A stretch of DNA of 63,272 nt, filler included, from a bacterium (lineage in GTDB: Bacteria; UBA9089; CG2-30-40-21; SBAY01), in assembly GCA_040757115.1 (NCBI GenBank). It is 3 parts of 3 records of this genome, joined end to end, with 100 filler letters (N's around TTAATTAATTAA, not from the genome) between each part and the next. Parts side by side here need not be neighbours in the genome. Positions count along the whole stretch, not along the records: positions 21,888 to 43,575 come from JBFLYA010000049.1; positions 43,676 to 63,272 come from JBFLYA010000055.1; 1 more part is not named here. The stretch is one strand, 5' to 3'. A model generated the notes under the pieces. It ran no database searches. It was not told where the DNA came from and worked only from the letters and a program-made list of their open reading frames with translations. Position 1 is the stretch's first letter. Each line of letters starts with the position of its first letter. The position numbers and the translations under genes were made by a program. This document shows positions 40,580 to 50,204 of this stretch, piece after piece.

Positions 40580-43102
40580 ATGGAACTTAAAGAGTATCAG
40601 AAAAAGACATTAGAGCAGATTAAGCGTTATCTTGACTCCCTTGCTGAATTTAGGGCAAAGAATGCAAAGGCAATAGAACTAGACCCCGAACTGTCAATTA
40701 ACTTTCCGCTTAAAGCCTGGGAAAAGGTTGTTGAAACAGCCTATCACTCCAAGAAGAATGGACTGGGTGAGGAATTGCCAAATTTCTACCTTAAGATTCC
40801 AACAGGTGGTGGCAAGACAATACTTGCCTGTCATACCATTGACTTAATAAATAGGACTTATCTAAAGAAACAAACAGGGATTGTCTTATGGATTGTGCCA
40901 ACCACACAAATTTATAAGCAAACACTTGCCAGCTTAAAAAATCGTGAACATCCATATCGTCAGGTTTTGGATATTTCAAGTGCTGGCAGAACGATTATCT
41001 TAGAAAAAACAGATAGGTTCACTAAATTAGATGTAAAAGAAAATCTGGTGCTCATGCTACTTATGTTGCCATCAGCCAGCAGGCAGAATAAAGAGGTATT
41101 AAAGGTCTTTAAGGATAATGGTGGTTTTGGTGAATTTTTCCCTGAGGAAGATGATAGAGAAGGAAATAAAAAGCTCTTAGAAGAATTTACAAATTTAGAT
41201 TGTTTTGGGGATGAAAAAGGGTTTTGGGGTAGGGTGGTAAAGACTTCTCTTGGGAATACCTTGAGAATACTAAAGCCTATAATTATCATTGATGAAGGGC
41301 ATAAGGCATACAGTGAGGTTGCTCAAAAGACAATCAGAGATTTCAATCCGGAGATATTAGTAGAATTATCAGCCACTCCACCTAAAAACAGCAATATTCT
41401 GGTAAATATTAGTGGGCAAGAACTTAATCGGGAAGAGATGATTAAGCTTGATTTGCACATTACCAATAAAGCAAGCCTTGACTGGAAAGATGCAATGCTG
41501 GCGGCTGTTGAGAAAAGAAACTTTTTAGAAGAAAAAGCCAAACAATATGAGGCCAATACCAGCGAGTATATCCGGCCTATTTGCCTTATCCAAGCGGAAA
41601 GAACAGGTAAAGAACAGAGAGGAACAAGGTATATCCATGCAGAGGATGTAAAGGAATATCTGATTAAGCAATGCGGAATTTTAGTAGAAGAAATAGCTAT
41701 AAAGAGTAGTGAAAAGGATGATATTGAGGGAATTGACCTTTTAAGCAGAGATTGTCCAATCCGCTATATCATTACCAAACAGGCATTGCAGGAAGGTTGG
41801 GATTGTGCCTTTGCCTATCTTCTTGCAATCCTGACCAATCCGAGTTCTCAATTGAGTATTACTCAATTAGTGGGAAGAATCTTGAGGCAACCGAAGGCAA
41901 GAAAAACAAAGGTAAAAGAGCTTGATGAGAGCTATGTCATCTGTTTTCGCCCAAAGGCAACAGAGCTTTTGGAAAATGTAAAAGGAGGTTTTGAATCAGA
42001 AGGATTAGGAGATCTGGCTGGAAGGGTCTCTGTAGATGAAGGAGATCTGGAAAGTATAGAGGCAACAAGAGAAAGAACTGTTGGTTATAGAGAAAGGTTT
42101 AAAAAGTTTGAAGGAAAGATTTATCTGCCGAAGTTTGTTATTCAAGAAGGGGAAAGTTGGCGTGATGTTAATTATGAAATGGATATTTTGAGTAGAATAG
42201 ACTGGAGCAAAGTTAATCTTACGGTATTAACAGATATTCTTCTGGCAGAATCACAGACTGAAGAACAAGAAGTTATTGTTGGGCTTAGTAAGGATACAAA
42301 AATACTGATTGAAGAGAAAGGGCGAGTTTCTAAAGAAGGGGGATTGGAAATTAATAAGGTTTTTCTCACCAGACAAATTTTGGATATTGTTCCAAATTCC
42401 TGGGTAGCTTATGAAATTGGTAAAAAAGCAATCGATATTTTTTTAGAGAACTACGATGAAAAAACGGTTGCTAATAATCTTGCTTTTGTTATCGAAGAGT
42501 TAAGAAAACACCTTACAAAGGAAAAAGATAGACTATCAGAGCAAGTATTTAGAAAGCTGATTGAGCAAAAAGTCCTTTGGTTCTTTTTACTTTCTGATAG
42601 GGGTGGATACAAATTGCCAGGGAGGATAAGTGTAAAGAAGAGTTCTAAATTATTGGTAAGGCATGATAACACCCCAATACAACTAAGCCTATTTGATTCT
42701 GTCCCAGAGGAGGAGTTTAACGAGTTGGAAAAATCCGTGGCTCTTTACCTTGATGAGCAGGAAAAACTCCTGTGGTGGTATAGGAACTTATCGAGGCAAG
42801 ATTACTATGTTCAAGGTTGGAAGAAACACAGAATTTATCCCGATTTTATTCTTGCTGATACCGATGACAAAAAACAAGATGATTACAATAAGGTGTATGT
42901 AGTTGAGGCAAAAGGTATACATCTAAAAAATGAAGATACTGATTATAAAAAGAATGTCTTTGATTTCTGTAATAGATTGGGACAACAGAGGGATTGGAGA
43001 GAATTGAATTTAGACTTTGCCCAAAAGAAATTTGAATTTCAGGTAATTTTTGAAGATGAATGGGAGGCAAGAATCAATAAAATATTCAGTACTAATGTGT
43101 AG
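40580..43102 (+). CDS. res: Type III R-M restriction subunit (Res)
   Basis: LKEYQ, PTGGGKT, IIDEGH, SAT, EGWD, QLVGRILRQP, C-terminal YPDF...VEAKG (PD-D/ExK). Confidence 0.9.
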   Translation: MELKEYQKKTLEQIKRYLDSLAEFRAKNAKAIELDPELSINFPLKAWEKVVETAYHSKKNGLGEELPNFYLKIPTGGGKTILACHTIDLINRTYLKKQTGIVLWIVPTTQIYKQTLASLKNREHPYRQVLDISSAGRTIILEKTDRFTKLDVKENLVLMLLMLPSASRQNKEVLKVFKDNGGFGEFFPEEDDREGNKKLLEEFTNLDCFGDEKGFWGRVVKTSLGNTLRILKPIIIIDEGHKAYSEVAQKTIRDFNPEILVELSATPPKNSNILVNISGQELNREEMIKLDLHITNKASLDWKDAMLAAVEKRNFLEEKAKQYEANTSEYIRPICLIQAERTGKEQRGTRYIHAEDVKEYLIKQCGILVEEIAIKSSEKDDIEGIDLLSRDCPIRYIITKQALQEGWDCAFAYLLAILTNPSSQLSITQLVGRILRQPKARKTKVKELDESYVICFRPKATELLENVKGGFESEGLGDLAGRVSVDEGDLESIEATRERTVGYRERFKKFEGKIYLPKFVIQEGESWRDVNYEMDILSRIDWSKVNLTVLTDILLAESQTEEQEVIVGLSKDTKILIEEKGRVSKEGGLEINKVFLTRQILDIVPNSWVAYEIGKKAIDIFLENYDEKTVANNLAFVIEELRKHLTKEKDRLSEQVFRKLIEQKVLWFFLLSDRGGYKLPGRISVKKSSKLLVRHDNTPIQLSLFDSVPEEEFNELEKSVALYLDEQEKLLWWYRNLSRQDYYVQGWKKHRIYPDFILADTDDKKQDDYNKVYVVEAKGIHLKNEDTDYKKNVFDFCNRLGQQRDWRELNLDFAQKKFEFQVIFEDEWEARINKIFSTNV

Positions 43103-43322
43103 TGAGAGTAGATCGGCAGAGCGTATAACAGCAGTTTGTGAGCAGACATTGTCAAGGGATATTTTAGATTTGAAAACCCCGAGTCCCGATTTTCAGGAGA
43201 AAGGAAGTTTCACGCCAAGCACGCAAAGAACGCAAAGGGAAATAAGGGGAAAAATTACCTTTGCGTCCTTTGCGTGAAAAAACTATTTTCAGGAGAATCA
43301 TGAAAGAAGTATATAAACTTAC

Positions 43323-43425
43323 ACATTTCTTTATTCCGGTCCTGCTATAAATGTACTGGCAATCATTTTAACTGCATGTGTTTTGGGAATGGAAATGGGT
43401 ATTGCAAGAACATTAGGAGCCATAA
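43323..43425 (+). pseudogene. Internal fragment of a DUF318/ArsP-like permease
   Basis: Isolated frame TFLYSGPAINVLAIILTACVLGMEMGIARTLGAI with no start. Confidence 0.55.
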
Positions 43426-43575
43426 AGGTTTTCAAAAAATAAATTAACAGATGTGCGGTATAATGTCAAGTAAAAAAAGACAGACTATCCCCCAGCAAGA
43501 TATAACTAAATTTAAAAAAACTAAAATTTGAGATAAATCTTGTTAACATAATCTGCTCTTTGATAATTTATTTAA

Positions 43576-43675
43576 NNNNNNNNNNNNNNNNNNNNNNNNN
43601 NNNNNNNNNNNNNNNNNNNTTAATTAATTAANNNNNNNNNNNNNNNNNNNNNNNNNNNNNNNNNNNNNNNNNNNN
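43576..43675. other. Artificial contig spacer
   Basis: N run with central TTAATTAATTAA. Confidence 0.97.
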
Positions 43676-43769
43676 AGATAATGAATAATAAAATTAAGAC
43701 CGTTAAGGCAGTGCCTAAAAATAATGTTTTCTTGACAATCTGTTCTATAAAGAGCGGCTTGATTCTCAT
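43676..43769 (-). CDS. pstA: Probable PstA N-terminus, truncated by the contig end
   Basis: MRIKPLFIEQIVKKTLFLGTALTVLILLFII with GGAGG SD, downstream of pstC. Confidence 0.6.
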
Positions 43770-43909
43770 GCCCTTTGCCTCCCTCCCAGTGTTGAAGTTG
43801 ACGAGGAAACAAGGTAATAGGACGCAGATTTTCGCAGATTAGCAGGATAATAAAAAAATGAATAATCTGCGCATATCTTCTCTAAAATCTGTATTTATCT
43901 GCATACTAT

Positions 43910-44317
43910 CTATTTTCCAATATTATCAAATGCCTTTCGTTTAACTTCTGGTTTAGGTCCAAAATTAAGTAATAATCCCACTTCTATCTCTGTTGCTTTA
44001 AGATAATTTAAAAGTTGTGCCTCGTGTTCGTCTGCAAGGCACTTTGTAGATTTAAGTTCTACAATCACTTTGTTATTGACCAAAATATCTGCTAAATAAT
44101 CCCCAACAACCTTCCCCTCATAAATAACCTTGATAGGAGATTGAGGTATTGCCGGAATATCTAACTTTGTCAATTCAATCACCATCGCATTCTCATACAC
44201 CTTCTCCAGAAAACCATATCCCAGTGTATTATAAACTTTGTAGAATGCCTTTATGATCTTCTCGGTTAATTCTTTATGTTTAAAATCTTGAAAATCTGCG
44301 TTCATCTGCGTCCCCAT
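43910..44317 (-). CDS. GxxExxY protein (PD-(D/E)xK-like), flanked by inverted repeats
   Basis: LGYGFLEKVYE, ADILV...VELK, AQLLNYL..LLNFG; IR GGACGCAGAT (43820) / ATCTGCGTCC (to 44313). Confidence 0.92.
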   Translation of the reverse strand: MGTQMNADFQDFKHKELTEKIIKAFYKVYNTLGYGFLEKVYENAMVIELTKLDIPAIPQSPIKVIYEGKVVGDYLADILVNNKVIVELKSTKCLADEHEAQLLNYLKATEIEVGLLLNFGPKPEVKRKAFDNIGK

Positions 44318-44373
44318 AAATGAAATTCTTCTGCCCTTAAGTTAAAAAGTAATAACTTGTTTCCTTGTTTCTT

Positions 44374-45219
44374 TTATACCTCCCGTCTTGCCATAAAATT
44401 GGCAATGGTATTTAAAATCATAATGATAATGAATAAGACAATTCCTGTGGCAAACAGTGCCTGGCGGTGTTCTCCAATAGCAAAACTCATTTCTAAGGCA
44501 ATATTTGCTGTCAGGGTGCGAGCCGGGTCAAGTATTGAATCAGGAATGATAACTGAATTTCCAGCAATCATAATGACCGCCATTGTCTCTCCCACTGCCC
44601 GTCCTACACCGAGGATAATACCTGCAATAATGCCCGAGCGTGCCGCCGGGAGGACGACCATTTTTATTGTTTGCCATCGCGTTGCCCCTAAGGCTAATGA
44701 CCCCTCCCGATATAAATGTGGAACAGCCTTAAGTGAATCAATTGAAATACTGGTAATCGTCGGTAAAATCATTATCCCAAGAATGATTGAGGCGGCTAAA
44801 ATACAAGGTCCCGGCCCACCCAGATAATTACGAATCACTGGAAATAATATTACTATCCCCATAAATCCATAAACTACGGATGGGATGCCCGCTAAAAGTT
44901 CAATTATTGGTTTAAGAATTTTACTTGTCTTCTGTGTGGAAAATTCAGCTAAGTAAATAGCACAGGCAAGACTTAACGGCAGACTAAATATAAGAGCACC
45001 AACAGTTATCCATAATGAGCCCATAATCATTGGGAATATCTCAAATCTTCCTTCTCTGGGTGACCAATTAGTCCCACAAATAAAATCCTTTATTCCTGCT
45101 TTTAGAATAATCGGCAATCCTTCTTTTAAGATAAATAAAGCGATTAAAATAAGGATAGCGATGGTTGAAAAGGCGGTAATTAACAAGCCAAACTGAATAA
45201 ATCGTTCACGATACCTCAA
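44374..45219 (-). CDS. pstC: Phosphate ABC transporter permease
   Basis: IELLAGIPSVVYG, EGSLALGATRWQTI, RAVGETMAV. Confidence 0.92.
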   Translation of the reverse strand: MRYRERFIQFGLLITAFSTIAILILIALFILKEGLPIILKAGIKDFICGTNWSPREGRFEIFPMIMGSLWITVGALIFSLPLSLACAIYLAEFSTQKTSKILKPIIELLAGIPSVVYGFMGIVILFPVIRNYLGGPGPCILAASIILGIMILPTITSISIDSLKAVPHLYREGSLALGATRWQTIKMVVLPAARSGIIAGIILGVGRAVGETMAVIMIAGNSVIIPDSILDPARTLTANIALEMSFAIGEHRQALFATGIVLFIIIMILNTIANFMARREV

Positions 45220-45272
45220 ATTTATTACTCCTTGTCCCTTGAACCTACGGTCTTACCTTGGGTAAATAATTA

Positions 45273-45430
45273 GTAAGCGTTCAGCCATCAGGTATCAGCA
45301 ATCAGTTAACATCCAGGAAATCAGGATAGTAACAAATCCTACAATTTTGCGTAAAGGGTGTCTATGTGTCTGGTAGTCTATGTAACCCAGACACTTAGAC
45401 ACCCAGATACCAGACTACCTGAACGGTTAC
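45273..45430. mobile_element. IS66-like miniature element
   Basis: GTAAGCGTTCAG...CTGAACGGTTAC; 8-bp duplication AATAATTA on both sides. Confidence 0.85.
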
Positions 45431-45442
45431 AATAATTACCAT

Positions 45443-46231
45443 TTATTTAACCGGAATCAATCCGTAGTCTGAGATTAGTTGTTGCCCTTGTTCAGAAAGG
45501 ATAAATTCTATAAATTCTCCTATTTTTCCTTCCGCTGGTCCTTTCGTAAGCAAGAAAATCGGTCGAATGATTTTATACCTGCCTTTTTTGATATTTTGTA
45601 AGGTGGGCGACACTCCATCTATTTTTAAGGATTTTACCCTGTCAGTAACAAGTCCATAAGTGAGGTAACTAATAGAATTTGGGTCATTTTCAACCATTGT
45701 TCTAACAGCACCACTTGAATCCTGAATAAGAGCACCAGCACTAACTTTGGTTCCGGCTAACAGTAATTCTTCAAAGGAGACCCGTGTTCCAGAACCTTCT
45801 TCTCTTGAAATGACCGTAATTGGTTTATCTTCCCCACCTACTTCTTTCCACTTTTTTACCTGACCGCTAAATATTTGTTGGATTTGGAGTGGCGTTAAAT
45901 TCGCAATTTTATTATTTGGATGAACAATCAACACCACGGCATCTTTTGCCACAACAACAGTATTCAATCCTTGCGCCTCTTTTGGCAATGTGACCATATC
46001 TGCCATACCAATTTGAGCCACACCGCTTTGTGCCGATTGAATTCCTACCGCAGAACCTCCTCCTTGAACATTAATTCGAACATCATTCTTCCCTGCCATA
46101 TATTCTTCCGCGAGTTTCTCTGCAAATGGTTGAAAAGCCGTCGAACCAGCTATATTTATCGTTTCAATATTAGATTTTGCACATCCAATTGCCAGACAAG
46201 AAAATAACATACAAAAAATTAACCGATACAT
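45443..46231 (-). CDS. pstS: Phosphate ABC transporter substrate-binding lipoprotein
   Basis: Lipobox-like LAIGC, AGST, QGGGSAVG, REEGSGTR. Confidence 0.92.
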   Translation of the reverse strand: MYRLIFCMLFSCLAIGCAKSNIETINIAGSTAFQPFAEKLAEEYMAGKNDVRINVQGGGSAVGIQSAQSGVAQIGMADMVTLPKEAQGLNTVVVAKDAVVLIVHPNNKIANLTPLQIQQIFSGQVKKWKEVGGEDKPITVISREEGSGTRVSFEELLLAGTKVSAGALIQDSSGAVRTMVENDPNSISYLTYGLVTDRVKSLKIDGVSPTLQNIKKGRYKIIRPIFLLTKGPAEGKIGEFIEFILSEQGQQLISDYGLIPVK

Positions 46232-46315
46232 TCAAAAACCTCCTTCTTTTGTTGGTAATTGGTAACTGGTAAAATGGTAATTAGCATAATCTACCCTCAA
46301 TACTCTTTTCCTTTC

Positions 46316-46939
46316 TTACTCACTACTCCTATGGTGAAGATGACGTTTAATAAAGATATAGAGTAAGATAATGATACATATACCTATTAAGACATCAAAT
46401 TTATGGAATATAGGTGATAATGTTGAGTGCCATTTTGCTCCAAAAATCATCCCAAAGTATGTCAGAGCAATATTCCAGGGCACAGAACCAAGAGTGGTAT
46501 AAAGACAGAATTTAAGGAAATTCATTTTGGCTATGCCAGCAGGCAATGAGATAAATGTTCTGATAACAGGCATATTGCGGGTAAAAAATATGGTTAAGTC
46601 ACCGTATTTGTTAAACCATCGCTCAGCTACATCCATATCATGCCGGGTCATCAGGATATATTTACCATATTTCAAGATAAAAGGTCTTCCTCCTATTAAT
46701 CCAACCCAATAAGCGATGATTGACCCAACCAGGTTACCTAATGTGCCAGCAACCACTACCCAAAATATCTGAAATCTACCTTCTGATATGAGATATCCTG
46801 AAAAAGGCATAATAATTTCAGAGGGTAGGGGAATACACGCACTTTCAATAGCCATAGCTATTCCTATTCCCCAATATCCTGCGGCATTAATAATTGCGAC
46901 AACAATTGATGCTAAAAATTCAAGTATTTTTGTTACCAT
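46316..46939 (-). CDS. DedA family membrane protein
   Basis: ESACIPLPSE, R.MPVIRTFISLPAG; true start at MVTK. Confidence 0.9.
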   Translation of the reverse strand: MVTKILEFLASIVVAIINAAGYWGIGIAMAIESACIPLPSEIIMPFSGYLISEGRFQIFWVVVAGTLGNLVGSIIAYWVGLIGGRPFILKYGKYILMTRHDMDVAERWFNKYGDLTIFFTRNMPVIRTFISLPAGIAKMNFLKFCLYTTLGSVPWNIALTYFGMIFGAKWHSTLSPIFHKFDVLIGICIIILLYIFIKRHLHHRSSE

Positions 46940-46942
46940 ATC

Positions 46943-47057
46943 TTCTCCTGAAAATAAGGAAGTAGAAAGTAGAGAGTAGAAAGTAGAAAGTAAAGAAAAC
47001 ATCATTCCTCACGCCTATCTCCTTACCTCCCACCTTCTATCTCCTACCACTATTTTT
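46943..47057 (-). repeat. Dispersed repeat; inverted copy at ~50090-50202
   Basis: GGAGATAGAAGGTGGGAGGTAAG...(TCTACTY)n...TTTTCAGGAGAA. Confidence 0.8.
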
Positions 47058-47361
47058 CGACCTGTGAAATAGGTCGACATGGGAAAACAAAATCGTAAGC
47101 GTTCAGGTCATTGCGAGATATCTAATAATAATGTAAAATGGGCAATGTAAAATGAAAAATGTAAAATGAGAGGATGGATGAAATGAAAGGTGATGATATT
47201 ACTGAAAGACTAATTGACTTTACAGAATTGACTTTTAAATTTTTAATTGCTCATTTTACATTTTAGAGTTATTTTTTTAAGTAGCTGAACGCTTACTCCT
47301 TTATTCTCTTATCCCCCTTCTTATATTAACCACGATCAAAATATTCCTATTTCACAGGTCG
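47058..47361. mobile_element. CGACCTGTG-ended element with a nested IS66-like element (47095-47296)
   Basis: TIR CGACCTGTGAAATAGG/CCTATTTCACAGGTCG; 8-bp duplication CTATTTTT; inner GTAAGCGTTCAG...CTGAACGCTTAC. Confidence 0.8.
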
Positions 47362-47444
47362 CTATTTTTTATCCTCCTTTGTGTCCACCCTGTGGACATG
47401 GCCGTTTCTCCTTTCTTACATCTGAAAGATGCAAGAGTTCACAT

Positions 47445-48152
47445 CTAAATTATTCTCAATATTGCGGGATTTCTTTGAGTGGAGAGACTTTTTAGGTCAT
47501 TTATAATATTGACATATTCATCGACACCGCCCTGGACACCTTTTTCTCGTCTTTCTTCCTCAGTTATTTTAATTCTCCTGCCAATCACAGGTCCAGTGCC
47601 GGTATTTTCTCCAAACTGGTCTGTCAGTTCTACAACAGCTAAGCTTTCATCAAATATGGTCATATGTTGAAGTTTTCGACATAGAACGGGTTGCCATTCT
47701 TTAAATTCATTTCTTAAGATAACTATAATTTCGGCACGATTGTTTTCAAAGATTAATTCCCGACGATGGCTTCGGATAATCTCTTTGACGCGGTCTTTAC
47801 CAAATGTATCTTTGGACATAACAAAAAAGTGAAATATCTTTATCTGTCTATCTCTGCGTTGTAATAAGGCTTTATTGATGGCTAACATTTTTTGCGGAAA
47901 TCCTTCAGTTCGCCATCGCTCAACCCAAAAATCCACGCAGGCTAATTCTTTTTGTACCTCTTCTGATTCCTTTAAAAGTAAATTATACAATTCTCGTCTA
48001 TCATCTATAAAACACCAACCTTTCTCGGACATATCTTTGGCTCGATGCAACCATTTATTTAATCCATCTTCGATAATAGTTACTTCACGAATAGCAACTT
48101 TGCGTAAATATGGGTCATCAATACCATCTGCAATCTTTCTTAAATCTTCCAT
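47445..48152 (-). CDS. Hypothetical protein, divergent from the ubiquitin-like operon
   Basis: 235-aa ORF with AGGAGG SD and its own promoter; no family recognised. Confidence 0.7.
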   Translation of the reverse strand: MEDLRKIADGIDDPYLRKVAIREVTIIEDGLNKWLHRAKDMSEKGWCFIDDRRELYNLLLKESEEVQKELACVDFWVERWRTEGFPQKMLAINKALLQRRDRQIKIFHFFVMSKDTFGKDRVKEIIRSHRRELIFENNRAEIIVILRNEFKEWQPVLCRKLQHMTIFDESLAVVELTDQFGENTGTGPVIGRRIKITEEERREKGVQGGVDEYVNIINDLKSLSTQRNPAILRII

Positions 48153-48204
48153 ATTGAAAATCCTCCTTATATTTGGTAATTGGTTAGGATAATTTAACGA
48201 AATT

Positions 48205-48287
48205 ATTTTAATGAATTAATAGCGATTTGTCAAGTAAAAAATTAATTTAAAAAATCAGTTGACGAATTAAATTAAATAAGTTATAAT
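48205..48287. promoter_or_regulatory. Back-to-back divergent sigma70 promoters
   Basis: Minus: TTGACA(48233-48228)-17-TAAAAT; plus: TTGACG(48259)-17-TATAAT(48282). Confidence 0.65.
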
Positions 48288-48299
48288 TAATGTGCATTA

Positions 48300-49475
48300 A
48301 TGGAAGAAAAAATCGTCATTAGTGATTTAGATAAAGATAGATATTCACGATTGGGGCTTATTCCCTGGTGGAATCAGGAAAAGCTGAAAAACACATTGGT
48401 TATGGTTGTTGGCGTTGGTGCATTAGGAAATGAGGTTGTAAAAAACTTAGCCCTTTTAGGCGTAGGGAAAATAATTATTGTTGATTTTGACCAGATAGTC
48501 AATGCTGATTTAACCCGCTCTGTTCTTTATCGAAAAGAAGATGATGGTAAAAAAAAGGTTGAAATAGCGGCAGAAAGAATTCAAGAAATTAATCCTGAGG
48601 TTAAAATACAACCTTTAGCCGGAAATATCCTCTGGGATGTAGGATTAGGGATATTTAGACAAGTAGATATAGTTATTGGTTGTGTGGATAACCGTGAGGC
48701 AAGATTAGCTATTAACCAGGCTTGCTGGAGAACAAATACCCCATGGATTGATGGAGGAATAGATGTCTTAAATGGAGTAGTAAGTATCTTTTGCCCACCA
48801 GAAAACGCATGCTATGAATGCACCTTGACAGATTTAGATTATAATATTCTCGGCGTCAGATACTCCTGCCCATTACTTAGATATGATGATTTATTAGAAG
48901 GAAAGACACCTACAACCTCAACTATTGCCTCGATTATTGCTGGAATTCAAGTTCAGGAGGCAATAAAATTAATCCATTGTCTTGAAGTCCCAAAAGGAAA
49001 AGGAATAGTTTTTAATGGATTAACCTATGAATGCTATCTTATTGAATATTCTAAAAAAAATGACTGCTTAAGTCATGAATATTATGCAGAAATTGTTGAA
49101 TTGAATAAAGGAGTAGAAAATACTACATTTAGAGAATTACTTGAATTAGCCCGGGAATCACTGGGTAAAGAGGTTATATTAGAATTAGACCGAGATATAG
49201 TCACTAAATTACACTGTAGTAAATGCCAGGAAGATACGAATATTTTTAAAGTATTAGGTAAGGTAACCATAGAAGACGGCAAATGTCCAAAATGTGAAGG
49301 GATAAGAAATGTAAGTATGACCAATATAATTTCTCTTGAGGAGAAATTTATAGATAAAAATTTAGCAGAGGTAGGAATTCCCCCATTCCACATCATTGGA
49401 GCAAGAAATGGTAAAAAGACTAAATATTTCGAACTTACTCAAGATAGGAAAAAGACTTTAGGGGAGGTAGTGTAG
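48300..49475 (+). CDS. E1 ubiquitin-activating-like enzyme (ThiF/UBA family)
   Basis: DRYSR, GVGALG, DFD.I..ADLTRSVLY, CVDNREAR, CYEC, candidate catalytic YSC, C-terminal extension with CSKC...CPKC. Confidence 0.92.
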   Translation: MEEKIVISDLDKDRYSRLGLIPWWNQEKLKNTLVMVVGVGALGNEVVKNLALLGVGKIIIVDFDQIVNADLTRSVLYRKEDDGKKKVEIAAERIQEINPEVKIQPLAGNILWDVGLGIFRQVDIVIGCVDNREARLAINQACWRTNTPWIDGGIDVLNGVVSIFCPPENACYECTLTDLDYNILGVRYSCPLLRYDDLLEGKTPTTSTIASIIAGIQVQEAIKLIHCLEVPKGKGIVFNGLTYECYLIEYSKKNDCLSHEYYAEIVELNKGVENTTFRELLELARESLGKEVILELDRDIVTKLHCSKCQEDTNIFKVLGKVTIEDGKCPKCEGIRNVSMTNIISLEEKFIDKNLAEVGIPPFHIIGARNGKKTKYFELTQDRKKTLGEVV

Positions 49476-49688
49476 ATGTTTAATTTATTTGGGGCTAATA
49501 AGCCAACGCCTGTGTTATTAGTTTATTCGCAAACACCAATTGAGTGTGCGTATTGTCATACACCAGTAAAAACAGAAAGTATAGTTGTCAGATGTCCTAT
49601 GTGTAACACCATTCACCATCCACAATGTTGGAAAGAAGGAAAAGGGTGTAGTGTTTTTGGTTGTAAAAATGCGCCGAAGAAAAAATAA
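49476..49688 (+). CDS. Stand-alone prokaryotic RING finger protein (Prok-RING-like, candidate E3)
   Basis: C-x2-C-x12-C-x2-C-x4-H-x2-C(W)-x6-C-x4-C; GGAGG SD, abuts the E1 stop. Confidence 0.8.
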   Translation: MFNLFGANKPTPVLLVYSQTPIECAYCHTPVKTESIVVRCPMCNTIHHPQCWKEGKGCSVFGCKNAPKKK

Positions 49689-49705
49689 TTTGGAGGAAAA
49701 AAATA

Positions 49706-49975
49706 ATGAGAATTGTTAATATTGAAATAGAAGATGTGACAGGGGCTAAAAGGCAACGAGCGGACATCCCGGATGATGTCCCATTAAAAAGGGTTATTTC
49801 CGCTTTAGTTTCAAAAATGAAGTTGCCAACAGTTAGCCCAAGTGGTTCTCCGTTGAATTATCAATTACATCATAAAGCATCAGGTAGGTCTTTAAGTGAA
49901 AGTGATACATTAGCCAGTGCAGGAATACGAGAAGGAGCTGTTTTGAAAATACATCCCGTTGTTGTCGCTGGATAA
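49706..49975 (+). CDS. Ubiquitin-like beta-grasp protein (YukD/EsaB-like) ending in Gly
   Basis: Ubl pattern ...L.ESDTLASAGIREGAVLKI; C-terminus VVVAG-stop; GGAGG SD. Confidence 0.85.
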   Translation: MRIVNIEIEDVTGAKRQRADIPDDVPLKRVISALVSKMKLPTVSPSGSPLNYQLHHKASGRSLSESDTLASAGIREGAVLKIHPVVVAG

Positions 49976-50204
49976 TTAGATGAGGAAGGTTAAGGTTAGG
50001 GAAGAGAAAGTCTCCTCTTCTTCCCTTCCTTAACCTAAATCTTTTATGGAGAAACGGATATGCTAACCCGCTGGCATAAAGGACAATGAAAATAGTAGGT
50101 AGGAGATAGAAGGTGGGAGGTAAGGAGATAGGCGTGAGGAGTGATGTTTTCTTTACTTTCTACTTTCTACTCTCTACTCTCTACTTCCTATTTTCAGGAG
50201 AAAG

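Noticed and set aside
21788-43675. TTAATTAATTAA motifs within N runs, and gene adjacency across them
   Set aside because: Artificial contig linkers, so neighbourhood across them carries no information
48300-49975. ThiF/MoeB plus ThiS/MoaD sulfur-carrier interpretation
   Set aside because: UBC E2 and RING are present, and no thiamine, molybdopterin or cysteine synthesis genes are adjacent
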